A stretch of 64,000 nucleotides of DNA, from positions 1 through 64,000 of the forward strand of contig JBFMCP010000013.1 in NCBI GenBank assembly GCA_040754455.1, read 5' to 3'. Numbering within the stretch: position 1 is the stretch's first letter; every line of letters begins with the position of its first letter. Position numbers and translations under genes: made by a program. The DNA comes from Nitrospirota bacterium (GTDB lineage: Bacteria; Nitrospirota; Thermodesulfovibrionia; Thermodesulfovibrionales; Dissulfurispiraceae). Below are positions 1 through 9,647 of this stretch, piece after piece. The notes beneath the pieces are model-generated. The model saw nothing but the letters and a program-made list of their open reading frames with translations, did not search any database and had not been told where the DNA came from.

Positions 1-24
1 CTTTGATTTATTGAGCTTTTACCT

Positions 25-41
25 TAGGCATGTCATATGCA
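25..41 (+). promoter_or_regulatory. Putative sigma-54 (-24/-12) promoter
   Basis: TAGGCATGTCATATGCA has GG(27-28)-N10-GC(39-40) spacing, upstream of the SD (AGGAGG) of the 87..902 ORF. Confidence 0.5.
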
Positions 42-86
42 ATATAGAAAGCAAGAAATGATAACTATATAAGGAGGACCGGCACG

Positions 87-902
87 ATGCTTCGATGGAA
101 AAAGGTCATAATAATTTTGGTGATAGCTTTCTTGTCAGCGGGGACTGCATCTGCATCACCGCAGTGGGAGGGCGGTGCAGCCGGCGGATTGATCGGCGGC
201 ATTGCGGGGGCGCTTCTCGATCATAAGAATCCGTGGCGGGGAGGCGTTATTGGTGCGGGACTCGGCGCTATAATGGGGGCGACCATTGCTGACATTTCAG
301 CCCGCGGAGCACAAGAGGCAGCTCAAGCAGGAAAGCCGGTGGAGTACAGAACCGAGCGCGGGCGGGAGTGCTATCGTGCCGAGCCGGTGAGCGATGTATA
401 TTACCCAAATGAGTACACGAGATGCAGAAAGGTTCGCGAACGGATATGGGAAGACGACCGTCTCGTAAAAGATACAGTCAGAGAGATTTGTGAAAGCGAG
501 AAAACAGAGGGATACGGAAGGGCGCCGTATGACCTCCCTCCATCTTATACAACGTCTGTTCCGCCTTCAGTGGTTTTAATCCCCGGGACATATGTGTATG
601 CTGTCCCTGATAGGGAGGTAACACTTTTATTTTATGATGGCTACTGGTGGCGCCCGGTAAGAGGCAATTGGTACAGATCCGGGCATCATAACGGCCCCTG
701 GAAACATGTCCGATTTGAGAGGGTTCCTCGTGCCCTCACTGAGCTGCCGCCCCATTACTCACGTATGCTGCACGGACGGGAGAGGGTGGTCTATAGAGAA
801 GCTCGGGATAACCGGAACAGATGGAATCGAGAGTGGCACGGGGATAGGCATGAAGGGTGGCGTGAAGGTCGCGGGGATCGGTGGGAAAAACGCTGGGACT
901 AG
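87..902 (+). CDS. Exported glycine-zipper protein with a C-terminal Pro/Trp/Arg-rich domain
   Basis: SD AGGAGG; signal-peptide-like N-terminus; GGAAGGLIGGIAGA...GGVIGAGLGAIMGA glycine zipper. Confidence 0.75.
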   Translation: MLRWKKVIIILVIAFLSAGTASASPQWEGGAAGGLIGGIAGALLDHKNPWRGGVIGAGLGAIMGATIADISARGAQEAAQAGKPVEYRTERGRECYRAEPVSDVYYPNEYTRCRKVRERIWEDDRLVKDTVREICESEKTEGYGRAPYDLPPSYTTSVPPSVVLIPGTYVYAVPDREVTLLFYDGYWWRPVRGNWYRSGHHNGPWKHVRFERVPRALTELPPHYSRMLHGRERVVYREARDNRNRWNREWHGDRHEGWREGRGDRWEKRWD

Positions 903-986
903 AGAGGAAGAGATTAACACTTAGGCCCGCTAACTGATCTGGTTTACCAATCCTTACGTGAGCAACGGGTCTTTGAGAGTGTTACA

Positions 987-1154
987 GTGAAAATATGGGT
1001 AATCTCTGACCTTTATGTGCTGGAAGGATCTCCCGTGGATATAAACGGCACTGCCGTCTCCGTGCTCGGAGCGGCACAAGTTGTAGGGGCAATGGATATT
1101 CCTATCTCTGCTGAAGGTGATACCGAACTGCTTCTGGTCGATGTCGCGCTCTGA
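987..1154 (+). pseudogene. Probable C-terminal remnant of a pirin-family (cupin) gene
   Basis: Frame 1011-1154 reads LYVLEGSPVDINGTAVSVLGAAQVVGAMDIPISAEGDTELLLVDVAL*, resembling pirin C-termini; in-frame stop at 915, no N-terminal domain. Confidence 0.45.
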
Positions 1155-1168
1155 TGGAGCAGCCGTTG

Positions 1169-2266
1169 CTATCCTCGGTAGCGCTGCCCGTTGATTGCCG
1201 CGCTTCTGGAGAGCAGCTGGATCATGCTGTCGGGCGAGGGTGAGCAGTTGATGGCGTCATCGGAGGAGATGAATCCCTTTATGTAGAGGTCATAGAGCGA
1301 TTGGTTCATGGTCTGCATTCCCGAGCGTCCCTGCGCAGCCTCCATTACCGACTGGATTTGATGGAGCTTATCTTCCCGTATCAGGCTTCTGATGGCCGGT
1401 GTCATAATAAGTACTTCAAGGGCGAGCACCCTTCCGTTGCCGTCCTGCCGCGAGATCAGGCGCTGCGAGATAATCCCTTCAAGAACGCAGGAGAGCTGTA
1501 CGCGGATATGCTCCTGCTGATGCGGGGGAAATGCATCAATGATCCTGCTGATCGTCTGTATGCCCGAATTGGTGAGCAGTGTGCCGAGGGTTAGGTGACC
1601 TGTTTCTGCAATGGTGATTGCCGCTTCGATGGTATCAATATCATGCATTTCTCCGATGAAGACGATATCGGGGTCCTGGCGCATGATGTTCTTCAGAGCG
1701 CTCTTGAATGACGAGGTGTCGGAATTGATCTCCCGCTGGTTGATCAGGCATTTCTTGTGATTGTGGAGAAACTCGATAGGGTCCTCGACCGTGACGATGT
1801 GCGCTTCTTTTTCAGTATTGATGAGATCGATGATTGAGGCCATGGTCGTCGACTTCCCGCTTCCGGCAGGACCGGTGACGAGGATGAGCCCCTGCGGTTT
1901 CTTGATGAGCTCTTCTACGGTATCGGGCAGGCCGAGCTCTTTATAGGACTTTATCTCAAAGGGAATGGCCCTGAACGCGCCGGCGACCGCCCCACGCTGC
2001 AGGAAGATATTCGCCCTGAAGCGACTCAAGCCTTTAATGCCGAACGAGAAATCAATGTCGCTGTTCTCTTCGAATTTCTTTCTCTGCAGATCGGTCATGA
2101 TGCTGTAGCAGAGGGTCTGTGTAGCCTCGGGAGTAAGAGGGGGACAGCAGTCTACCGGAATCAGTTTGCCCGAAACCCGAAGTTTCGGGGTGCTGCCGGT
2201 GGTGATGTGCAGGTCGGAAGCGCCGCGTTCTATCATTAATTTCAAAAGCTCTTCAAGCGTGGTCAT
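1169..2266 (-). CDS. pilT: Type IV pilus retraction ATPase PilT family (variant catalytic motifs)
   Basis: ASDLH, Walker A GPAGSGKST, EDPIE Asp box, RQDPD, AIRSLIRE motif, GMQTM. Confidence 0.88.
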   Translation of the reverse strand: MTTLEELLKLMIERGASDLHITTGSTPKLRVSGKLIPVDCCPPLTPEATQTLCYSIMTDLQRKKFEENSDIDFSFGIKGLSRFRANIFLQRGAVAGAFRAIPFEIKSYKELGLPDTVEELIKKPQGLILVTGPAGSGKSTTMASIIDLINTEKEAHIVTVEDPIEFLHNHKKCLINQREINSDTSSFKSALKNIMRQDPDIVFIGEMHDIDTIEAAITIAETGHLTLGTLLTNSGIQTISRIIDAFPPHQQEHIRVQLSCVLEGIISQRLISRQDGNGRVLALEVLIMTPAIRSLIREDKLHQIQSVMEAAQGRSGMQTMNQSLYDLYIKGFISSDDAINCSPSPDSMIQLLSRSAAINGQRYRG

Positions 2267-2415
2267 TCGTCAACTCCTTTGTTAACGGTTAACGTTGTAG
2301 CGATGAGTAGTACCGAGAACGTCATAATTCTATACTATATCGGCGTCATAATGGTAGGGGTATTTTTAAGAAATAAAAAGCAAAAAGAAAAATTGAGTTC
2401 TTGTTGAAAGTGCCG

Positions 2416-4161
2416 TTAATCTTCGAAGGTGACTCTGAGCACTTCATCAAAGGAGGTGACGCCTTCGAGCATCTTCTTGATGCCGCTCTGGCGCAGGGTG
2501 GACATGCCGAGCCGTATTGCCTCTTTTTTTATCTCTGCAGAAGAGGCACCCTGGAGGATCAACTCTTTCAACTCGTCCTTTACCGGCATGATTTCATAGA
2601 GTGCAATCCTGCCCTTGTAGCCGGTATTATTGCATTCGGGGCAGCCGAGCCCTATATAGCACTTTGCATCAGCTGCTTGTTCGGGGCTAAGGCCGATTTT
2701 GGTCAGGACGTTTTCGGCCACCTTCTGTTCTTCCTTGCAGCTCTGGCAAATCTTTCGGGCGAGGCGCTGGGCAACGACCAGTATGACTGACGAGGAGACC
2801 ATGAGCGGTTCTATCCCCATATTGATCAATCGCGTAATCGTGCTGGGCGCGTCGTTGGTGTGGAGCGTGCTCAATACCAGATGGCCGGTGAGCGCGGCCT
2901 TGACAGCAATTTCCGCGGTCTCGAAATCCCGTATCTCACCCACCATGATCACATCAGGGTCCTGCCTCAGAAAGGACCGCAGCGCCGCGGCAAAGTTGAG
3001 GCCGATGTCATCCCGTATCTGCACCTGGTTGATGCCGAAGAAGTTGTACTCGACAGGGTCTTCAGCAGTCATGATATTGACGCCGGGCTTGTTCAGCTGG
3101 GAGAGCGCTGAATAGAGTGTTGTCGTTTTACCGCTCCCCGTAGGACCGGTGACAAGGATCATGCCGTAGGGTTTCTCGATGGCCTCCATGAAGTCCTGCA
3201 GCGGCTTCTCATCGAACCCCAGTTTGGTGAGATCGAGCTGCAGGTTGGATTTGTCGAGGAGCCGCAGAACGATCTTTTCTCCCCATAGGGTAGGCAGCGT
3301 CGAAACTCTGAAATCTATCTCGCGGTCATCGCCGAATTTGAGCTTTATCCTTCCGTCCTGAGGCAGCCGCCGCTCTGAAATATCGAGATGGGACATGATC
3401 TTTATCCGGGATGTCAGGGCATTCTTAATTTTTATCGGCAGCTTCAATACCGGCTGCAGTACGCCGTCGGTCCGGTAACGCACCCTCAAGAGCGTTTCAG
3501 CGGGCTCTATATGGATATCACTCGTCCGGGACTTTATCGCATTCATCAGGATGCCGTTGGCGAGCTTGACGATAGGGGCATCTATCTCTTTCGGAATATC
3601 CTTGTCATCCTTTTCCTCGACAAAAGTAATGTCATCGAGGGCGCTGCCGATGACCTTGTTCAGGTCCTCCATCTCCAGCATATCTTTTTCGCCGCCTTTT
3701 GCACCAGAGAGCGTTACCTTCGATTCTTTTTTAGGGTAATACTTTTCGATCGCCTCCATGATGGCGGATTCGGCAGCGACATGCACCGATACCTTCATGC
3801 CGGTGAGGAATCGCACTTCATCAATGGCGAAGTTGTTGGAAGGGTCCACGACAGCGATGCGCAGTGCAGCGCCGTCCTTCGAGATGGGAATGATCTGGTA
3901 TTTTTTTGCGGTTTCGTAAGGAATCGTTTTGAGCAGCGAGGTGTCAATTTTATGGTCGGAGAGATTAATGGCCGGGGCGTTGTACTGTCTGCTCAAGAAG
4001 GTGATGAGGCTCTCCTCGTTGATGTATCCCAGCTTCAGGAGGACAGAACCGAGCCGTTTGCCCTCCAGCTTCTGAACGCGGACAGCCTCATTCAACTGCT
4101 CTTCGGTGATGAGTTTGGCCTTGAGTAAGAGTTGGCCTAATAACGATGTCCCTACAGTCAC
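2416..4161 (-). CDS. pilB: Type IV-A pilus assembly ATPase PilB
   Basis: MshEN-like LLGQLL/RLGSVLL repeats, GPTGSGKTT, GEIRD, LSTLHTND, CxxC...CxxC Zn motif, GYKGR. Confidence 0.95.
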   Translation of the reverse strand: MTVGTSLLGQLLLKAKLITEEQLNEAVRVQKLEGKRLGSVLLKLGYINEESLITFLSRQYNAPAINLSDHKIDTSLLKTIPYETAKKYQIIPISKDGAALRIAVVDPSNNFAIDEVRFLTGMKVSVHVAAESAIMEAIEKYYPKKESKVTLSGAKGGEKDMLEMEDLNKVIGSALDDITFVEEKDDKDIPKEIDAPIVKLANGILMNAIKSRTSDIHIEPAETLLRVRYRTDGVLQPVLKLPIKIKNALTSRIKIMSHLDISERRLPQDGRIKLKFGDDREIDFRVSTLPTLWGEKIVLRLLDKSNLQLDLTKLGFDEKPLQDFMEAIEKPYGMILVTGPTGSGKTTTLYSALSQLNKPGVNIMTAEDPVEYNFFGINQVQIRDDIGLNFAAALRSFLRQDPDVIMVGEIRDFETAEIAVKAALTGHLVLSTLHTNDAPSTITRLINMGIEPLMVSSSVILVVAQRLARKICQSCKEEQKVAENVLTKIGLSPEQAADAKCYIGLGCPECNNTGYKGRIALYEIMPVKDELKELILQGASSAEIKKEAIRLGMSTLRQSGIKKMLEGVTSFDEVLRVTFED

Positions 4162-4297
4162 AGATTAGGATACTGAAAAGAAAATGTGAATGTCAATTTT
4201 CCAACGACCGGAAAAGGTGCTCGTTATTGCAAGAGCGGCAAAAGTCTGTTTTCTGCAAAGGTTTTCTAAAACTATCCACAAAGGTGATTATCTGCTC

Positions 4298-4360
4298 TGT
4301 CATGCCGGACTTGATCCGGCATCCGGAATCTTCTGGATTCCCGCTTCCGAGGGAATGACA
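4298..4360. repeat. REP-like composite palindromic element with a dRS3-type ATTCCC-N8-GGGAAT hairpin
   Basis: TGTCAT...ATGACA ends; ATGCCGGA-CTTGA-TCCGGCAT hairpin; ATTCCC GCTTCCGA GGGAAT. Confidence 0.7.
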
Positions 4361-4381
4361 TATGAGAAGCTTGAAGAGGAT

Positions 4382-5440
4382 TCAGCCCTTTATGATTTTC
4401 AAAAAACGCTCGGTATCGAACTCGGTGTCGACGAGCTCTTTTGCGCGGAGGATCTTCCCCTTTTCCGTAATCCGTGTCTTTCCCATAATCGCTTCGATCT
4501 TATCGACGGTCGAGAAGGTGTCCAGGGCAACAGAGATCATCGGAATGCCTTTTGCAACGGCCTTGCCCAGCACAACGTCGTTCGGGTAGAGGCCGCCGGT
4601 CAGGATGATGCATTTTGTCGAGGTCTCCATGGCGACGAGCTGTATATCGGAGCGGTTGGCGCCGGTGATGACCGCCTTGTTCTGGATTCTCCTGAAGTGG
4701 TTGAGGGCGCTGTCCACATCCATGGCGCCGATCGAGAAGTTTTCGACCAGCTCGTTCAAACGGTCTTCGCAGCAGAGCACCTTCCCGTTGAGCAGCTCGC
4801 TCAGCTCCTTGACGGTAAAGGACTCGAGGATGCTGTCCTTTCTGAATATGCCGAGGATGTTGACGCCTTCCCGCTCGAGAAAGGGGCGTATCGTATCCCG
4901 CACATAGGTATAGGTATTGGCAGGGATCTTGTTGATAACGCCTCCTGCAAACCGTTTGCCGGTGAGCTTGTAGCCGCCGAAGAGGGTATCGATCGACTTA
5001 TCACCCCTCCATGCCTCCACCATGATGACCCGCGCATCCATCTCCTCGATGAGACTGAGCGCATCGATATCGAGGATCGAGCCTTCGAAAAAGTCGCCTG
5101 CGCCACCGACGAGGATGAAGTCCTTGTCTTTTAGAGAATCGAAGGCATCCATGATACGCCTCCTCACCTCTCTCAACCTTCCTTCGTACAACTGGTGCTG
5201 TGTCTCATAGCTGAGCACAAAGGGAGAAATCACCTCGAGGGGATCGGTGAGTGAGAGCGCCTCCTTGGCGATCATGGCATCCGCATCGAATACCTCCCGC
5301 CCTCTTTTCACCGGCGTTTTGCCGAGGGGCTTTATATACCCCACCTTGTAGCCCATTTCCTTGAGCTTCTGTGCAAGGCCGAGGGCAAAGAAGGTCTTGC
5401 CGGTATAGGTCCTGTTGGATGCGATGAAAATCGGGATCAT
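4382..5440 (-). CDS. Phosphotransacetylase N-terminal-like protein (BioD-like P-loop plus DRTGG domain)
   Basis: YTGKT P-loop, VGYIKPLG, ITGANRSDI and ILTGG DRTGG motifs; no catalytic Pta C-terminal domain. Confidence 0.85.
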   Translation of the reverse strand: MIPIFIASNRTYTGKTFFALGLAQKLKEMGYKVGYIKPLGKTPVKRGREVFDADAMIAKEALSLTDPLEVISPFVLSYETQHQLYEGRLREVRRRIMDAFDSLKDKDFILVGGAGDFFEGSILDIDALSLIEEMDARVIMVEAWRGDKSIDTLFGGYKLTGKRFAGGVINKIPANTYTYVRDTIRPFLEREGVNILGIFRKDSILESFTVKELSELLNGKVLCCEDRLNELVENFSIGAMDVDSALNHFRRIQNKAVITGANRSDIQLVAMETSTKCIILTGGLYPNDVVLGKAVAKGIPMISVALDTFSTVDKIEAIMGKTRITEKGKILRAKELVDTEFDTERFLKIIKG

Positions 5441-5469
5441 GGTGTTCTCTCCTTTATTCTTTATATCTT

Positions 5470-7563
5470 TTACGTATATCCGAAGATAATGCGTGCGTCG
5501 ATGGCAAAGGTACCCCGGTTCATTACCATCAGGGGGTTGATGTCGAGCTCACGGATGATCGGAAAATCGGTGATGAGCGCCGATACCCTCAATATCCCGT
5601 CGACAATCCCCTCGATGTCGGCAGGTTTTTCCCCCCGCGCTCCTTTCAAAAGCGCGCTGGTCTTGATTTCATTGACCATTGCGAGGGCCTCGGTGCCCGA
5701 TACCGGCGCTATCCTGAAAGAGACATCTTTGAGCACTTCGACATAGATACCGCCGAGCCCGAACATGATCATATGCCCGAAGGTGCGGTCGTAGGTGACG
5801 CCGATGATGACCTCCTTGCCGCCTTTGATCATCTCATACAGCATCACACCGTTGATGAAGGCATCGGGCATGAACCGGTGCGCATTGGTGACGATCTCGG
5901 TAAAGGCGTCTTCGGCAGCAAGCTCGGAGTTGATATTAAGTTTTACCCCGCCGACATCGGTCTTGTGGAGAATGTCGGGAGAGGATATCTTCATGACGAG
6001 CGGGAATCCGATCCTCTCTGCAATCGCCGAGGCCTCCTTGGCGCTCCGCGCCAGCCCCCGTTCGGGAAACGTGAAGCCGTAGTGCCCGAGAATGGTCATT
6101 GCGACATCATCCCCTACTTCGTGTGTGCCCTCTTTCAGCAAGGTATCGATGATCGTCCTGACTGCGTCTCTGTTTATGTTTTTGAGCGATGGCTGCTCTT
6201 CCTCCTTTTTGCATCTCCAGAGCGTGAAATCGTAGAGTCTTCTGAAGGCCCTCACCGCTGCCTCAGGGTAGGAGAACGAGGGGACTGTATGGGCCTTGAG
6301 CCTTTCGATCGAATCCCTGACCTTCACCTCTCCGATGAAAGAGGCAATGACCGGTTTGTCCGTTTTCTCAGATGTATCGATGACGACAGCGGCGGTGTTT
6401 TCCACATCCGTCATTGCCTGCGGCGTCAGCACCACGAGAATGCCGTCGACATTGGGGTCCTTGATCGCCTGATTGAGCACGACCGCGTAACGTTCCGATG
6501 TTGCGTCACCGATGATGTCGACAGGATTATACAACGATGCCGTAGGGGGCAGCTTCTTTGCAATAGCGTCGATGTTCTCTTTTGTCATATAGGGCAGCGC
6601 AATGTTGAGCTGCTCGGACATGTCCGCTGCGAGGATGCCGGGGCCGCCGGCGTTGGTGACGATGAGCAGCCTGTTGCCTCCGGGAAACTTGTTTGCCGAA
6701 AAGGCGAGGGCGGTGTCGAACAGGTCCTGGATGCCCCGGGCGCGTATAATGCCGGTCTGGTTGAAGGCCGCATTGAAGGCGGTTTCGGAACCGGCCAGCG
6801 CGCCGGTATGCGACGAGGCGGCCCGCGCACCGGCTTCAGTGCCTCCTGATTTGATCAGGATGATCGGTTTGATCTTTGTGGCTTTGCCCGCCACGTCGAG
6901 GAACCGTTTGCCGTCAACGACGTCTTCGATATAGCCGAGGATGATATCCGTATCGGGATCATTGATGAAGTATTCGATGAAATCGATCTCGTTGAGATCG
7001 GCCTTGTTCCCGAGGCTGATGAATTTCGAAAACCCCATCTTGTTGCCGATCGCCCAGTCCAGGATGGCGATGCCGAGGGCCCCTGACTGGGAGAAAAAGG
7101 CGGTCCTTCCGCGTGGCAGCATATCACCGGCAAAGCTCGCATTCATATTATTGGTGGTATTGATGGCGCCGAGGCAGTTGGGGCCGAGCATTCTGATATG
7201 GTGATCGGCACCGATCCGTTTTATTGTTTCTTCCAGCTTCACCCCTTCATGTCCTGCCTCTCTGAACCCAGCGCTGAGGATAATGGCAGCCCTGGTGCCT
7301 GCATCGGCACAATCGAGCAGGGTGTCGGGGACAAAACGGGCAGGCACGGAAATGACGGCGAGGTCGACGGGTCTGCCCACGTCCGATATTTTCTTGTGTG
7401 TTTTAAGGCCAAGGATATCCTCAGGAGAGGGGTTGATAGGATAGAGCGAACCTTTGTAGTTGAACCGTATCAGATTGTTCAGGACCGCATAGCCGACTTT
7501 CTGTGGATCACGTGAAGCACCGACGACAGCAATAGAGTTGGGATAGAAAAGAGCATCGAGCAT
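5470..7563 (-). CDS. Acetate/acyl-CoA ligase (ADP-forming), fused alpha+beta
   Basis: IAVVGAS, GPNCLG, SQSGA, SHTGALAG (alpha His), ILHKTDVGGV (beta His), ELDINP. Confidence 0.92.
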   Translation of the reverse strand: MLDALFYPNSIAVVGASRDPQKVGYAVLNNLIRFNYKGSLYPINPSPEDILGLKTHKKISDVGRPVDLAVISVPARFVPDTLLDCADAGTRAAIILSAGFREAGHEGVKLEETIKRIGADHHIRMLGPNCLGAINTTNNMNASFAGDMLPRGRTAFFSQSGALGIAILDWAIGNKMGFSKFISLGNKADLNEIDFIEYFINDPDTDIILGYIEDVVDGKRFLDVAGKATKIKPIILIKSGGTEAGARAASSHTGALAGSETAFNAAFNQTGIIRARGIQDLFDTALAFSANKFPGGNRLLIVTNAGGPGILAADMSEQLNIALPYMTKENIDAIAKKLPPTASLYNPVDIIGDATSERYAVVLNQAIKDPNVDGILVVLTPQAMTDVENTAAVVIDTSEKTDKPVIASFIGEVKVRDSIERLKAHTVPSFSYPEAAVRAFRRLYDFTLWRCKKEEEQPSLKNINRDAVRTIIDTLLKEGTHEVGDDVAMTILGHYGFTFPERGLARSAKEASAIAERIGFPLVMKISSPDILHKTDVGGVKLNINSELAAEDAFTEIVTNAHRFMPDAFINGVMLYEMIKGGKEVIIGVTYDRTFGHMIMFGLGGIYVEVLKDVSFRIAPVSGTEALAMVNEIKTSALLKGARGEKPADIEGIVDGILRVSALITDFPIIRELDINPLMVMNRGTFAIDARIIFGYT

Positions 7564-7704
7564 GAGATAAGTTTACTGCGGGAAGCATTTAGAATCAAGT
7601 ATAATAACTTTAAATTCATGAGTGTGCGGGCAAAGGCAGGGATGGGTCGGGAAAGAATCTTTCTCATGCGCAATTTATTTTGAATTTTTATAAGCAGCTA
7701 TGAA

Positions 7705-9603
7705 TTACGAATTGTTAAAGGCCATCTCCATTTCGTAAACCCCGGCTTCTGCCTTTCGTTCGATGGTGAATCCCATTTTTTCGAAGAGCCTGAGCATCGG
7801 CTTGTTGTCAATGAGCACCTCTGCGGTAAAGCCGTGGAGCCCGCTCTTCTTCGCCAGATACGTGAGATAGGAGAGCAGCTCGGTGCCGATCCCCTGGTTC
7901 TGGTAGTCGTCATGCACCACGAGGGCGACTTCGGCAGTGTTCGATTCCTTGTCGATGGAGTATTGTCCCATGCCGACGATCTCCTCCCGGTCCTCTTTTT
8001 GGACAACGGCGAGGATGACCATTTCTCTTGAGTAGTCGACAACAACGAATCTCTGCAAACGTTCATGTGGCATATCGGTCCTGGTCGAGATGAACCGGTG
8101 GTACATGCAGTCGGAAGAGAGGGTGTAGAAAAAGTCCTTGAGCAGATGCTCGTCGTTCAGCTTTACCGGGCGAAGAAGGATTTCCATCCCTTTTTCGGTG
8201 GTTCTGCGGGTCTCGAGCGCTTCGGGATAGATACCTTGTTCTCCCGGGATAAATGCCTGGTCTCGGTAAATCAGATTAAGATTCTTTGCCTCTTCAATGA
8301 GCCAGGGCCTGAATTTCGGATGGGCGATGGCGATGAGGTCCATTGCACGGTCGCGGATGTTTTTGCCATGGAGATAGGCGATGCCGTACTCGGTCACGAC
8401 GTAATGGACATCTCCCCGCGTGAGGGTGATTCCGGCTCCTTCTTTGAGAAAGGGAACGATTCTCGACACTGAACCGTCCTCGGCAGTGGATTGGAGGGCG
8501 AGGATGGTCTTGCCGTTTTGCGACAGGGTCGCCCCCCTCATGAAATCCGCCTGTCCCCCGATGCCGCTGAAGAAATATTTTCCCAGCGATTCTGCGGTCG
8601 CCTGTCCGGTGAGGTCTATTTCAAGCGCGCTGTTGATAGCGGTCATGCTTTTGTTTCGGGCGATTACCAGGGGGTTGTTGGTGTAATCAACGGGCCTGAA
8701 TTCGATGCCCGGGTTGTCGTGAATATACTCATAGGTTGCCCTCTTCCCCATGGAGAAGGCTGCAACCGTTTTGCCACGGTTGATCTCTTTTCTCGAATTA
8801 TCGATGACGCCTCTCCTCATCAGCTCTACAATGCCGTCGGAAAGCAGCTCCGTATGCACGCCGAGATGTCTCTTATTATGGAAGTGGGCGAGTATGGCAT
8901 TGGGGATGCCGCCATACCCCACCTGTATGGTGTCGCCGTCCCGGACGAGCTGCGATACATACTTCCCGATCCGCTGAGCAATTTCATCGGGCACCGGGGC
9001 CTCAAACTCGAGGAGCGGTTCATCGCAATGGATTATGAAATGCACGTCCCTGATGTGGATGAAGGTTTCGCCGTGAATGCGCGGCATATGCGCGTTGGCC
9101 TGCGCAATGACCAGTGCTGCATTCTCCGAAGCCGCCTTGACGATATCGACGCTGATGCCGAGGCTCATGTAGCCGTGGGCATCGGGAAGCGAGGTCTGGA
9201 TCAGGGCGACATCAATAGGGATCCGCTTCCTGCGGAACAGATCGGGCACTGCCGACAGGAATATGGGCGTATAGTCGGCAACCCCCCTGTTTACCGCATC
9301 CCGCATGTTTTTTCCGATGAAGAAGGCATTGTATCTGAAATTATCTTTGAACCGCTCATCGGTATAGGGAGAGACGCCGAGATTCCATACCTGGAGCAGT
9401 TCGGCATCGAAAAAGGCCTTGGGGTGCGATTGCACATACCTGAGGAGCGCCCGGACGAGGCATTGGGGCTCGCCGCATCCGGTACCGATGAAAATATGGT
9501 GACCGGGGTGGATATGAGAAAATATCTTATCTTCGGGCGCGAACTTTTCCGGAAAGCGCTGCCGCATTGCGTCGAGATATTTGAGTCTTCGTTCTGAGCT
9601 CAT
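7705..9603 (-). CDS. Acetyl-CoA hydrolase/CoA-transferase fused to a C-terminal GNAT acetyltransferase
   Basis: GVHTE, EIDLTGQ, GGQADF, VVTEYGIA; C-terminal YQNQGIGTELL GNAT motif A and N..MLRLFEKMGF. Confidence 0.9.
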   Translation of the reverse strand: MSSERRLKYLDAMRQRFPEKFAPEDKIFSHIHPGHHIFIGTGCGEPQCLVRALLRYVQSHPKAFFDAELLQVWNLGVSPYTDERFKDNFRYNAFFIGKNMRDAVNRGVADYTPIFLSAVPDLFRRKRIPIDVALIQTSLPDAHGYMSLGISVDIVKAASENAALVIAQANAHMPRIHGETFIHIRDVHFIIHCDEPLLEFEAPVPDEIAQRIGKYVSQLVRDGDTIQVGYGGIPNAILAHFHNKRHLGVHTELLSDGIVELMRRGVIDNSRKEINRGKTVAAFSMGKRATYEYIHDNPGIEFRPVDYTNNPLVIARNKSMTAINSALEIDLTGQATAESLGKYFFSGIGGQADFMRGATLSQNGKTILALQSTAEDGSVSRIVPFLKEGAGITLTRGDVHYVVTEYGIAYLHGKNIRDRAMDLIAIAHPKFRPWLIEEAKNLNLIYRDQAFIPGEQGIYPEALETRRTTEKGMEILLRPVKLNDEHLLKDFFYTLSSDCMYHRFISTRTDMPHERLQRFVVVDYSREMVILAVVQKEDREEIVGMGQYSIDKESNTAEVALVVHDDYQNQGIGTELLSYLTYLAKKSGLHGFTAEVLIDNKPMLRLFEKMGFTIERKAEAGVYEMEMAFNNS

Positions 9604-9647
9604 GAGATGCTCCTTCTGCTCTACTGTATATAAACGGCGAGTAGCAG

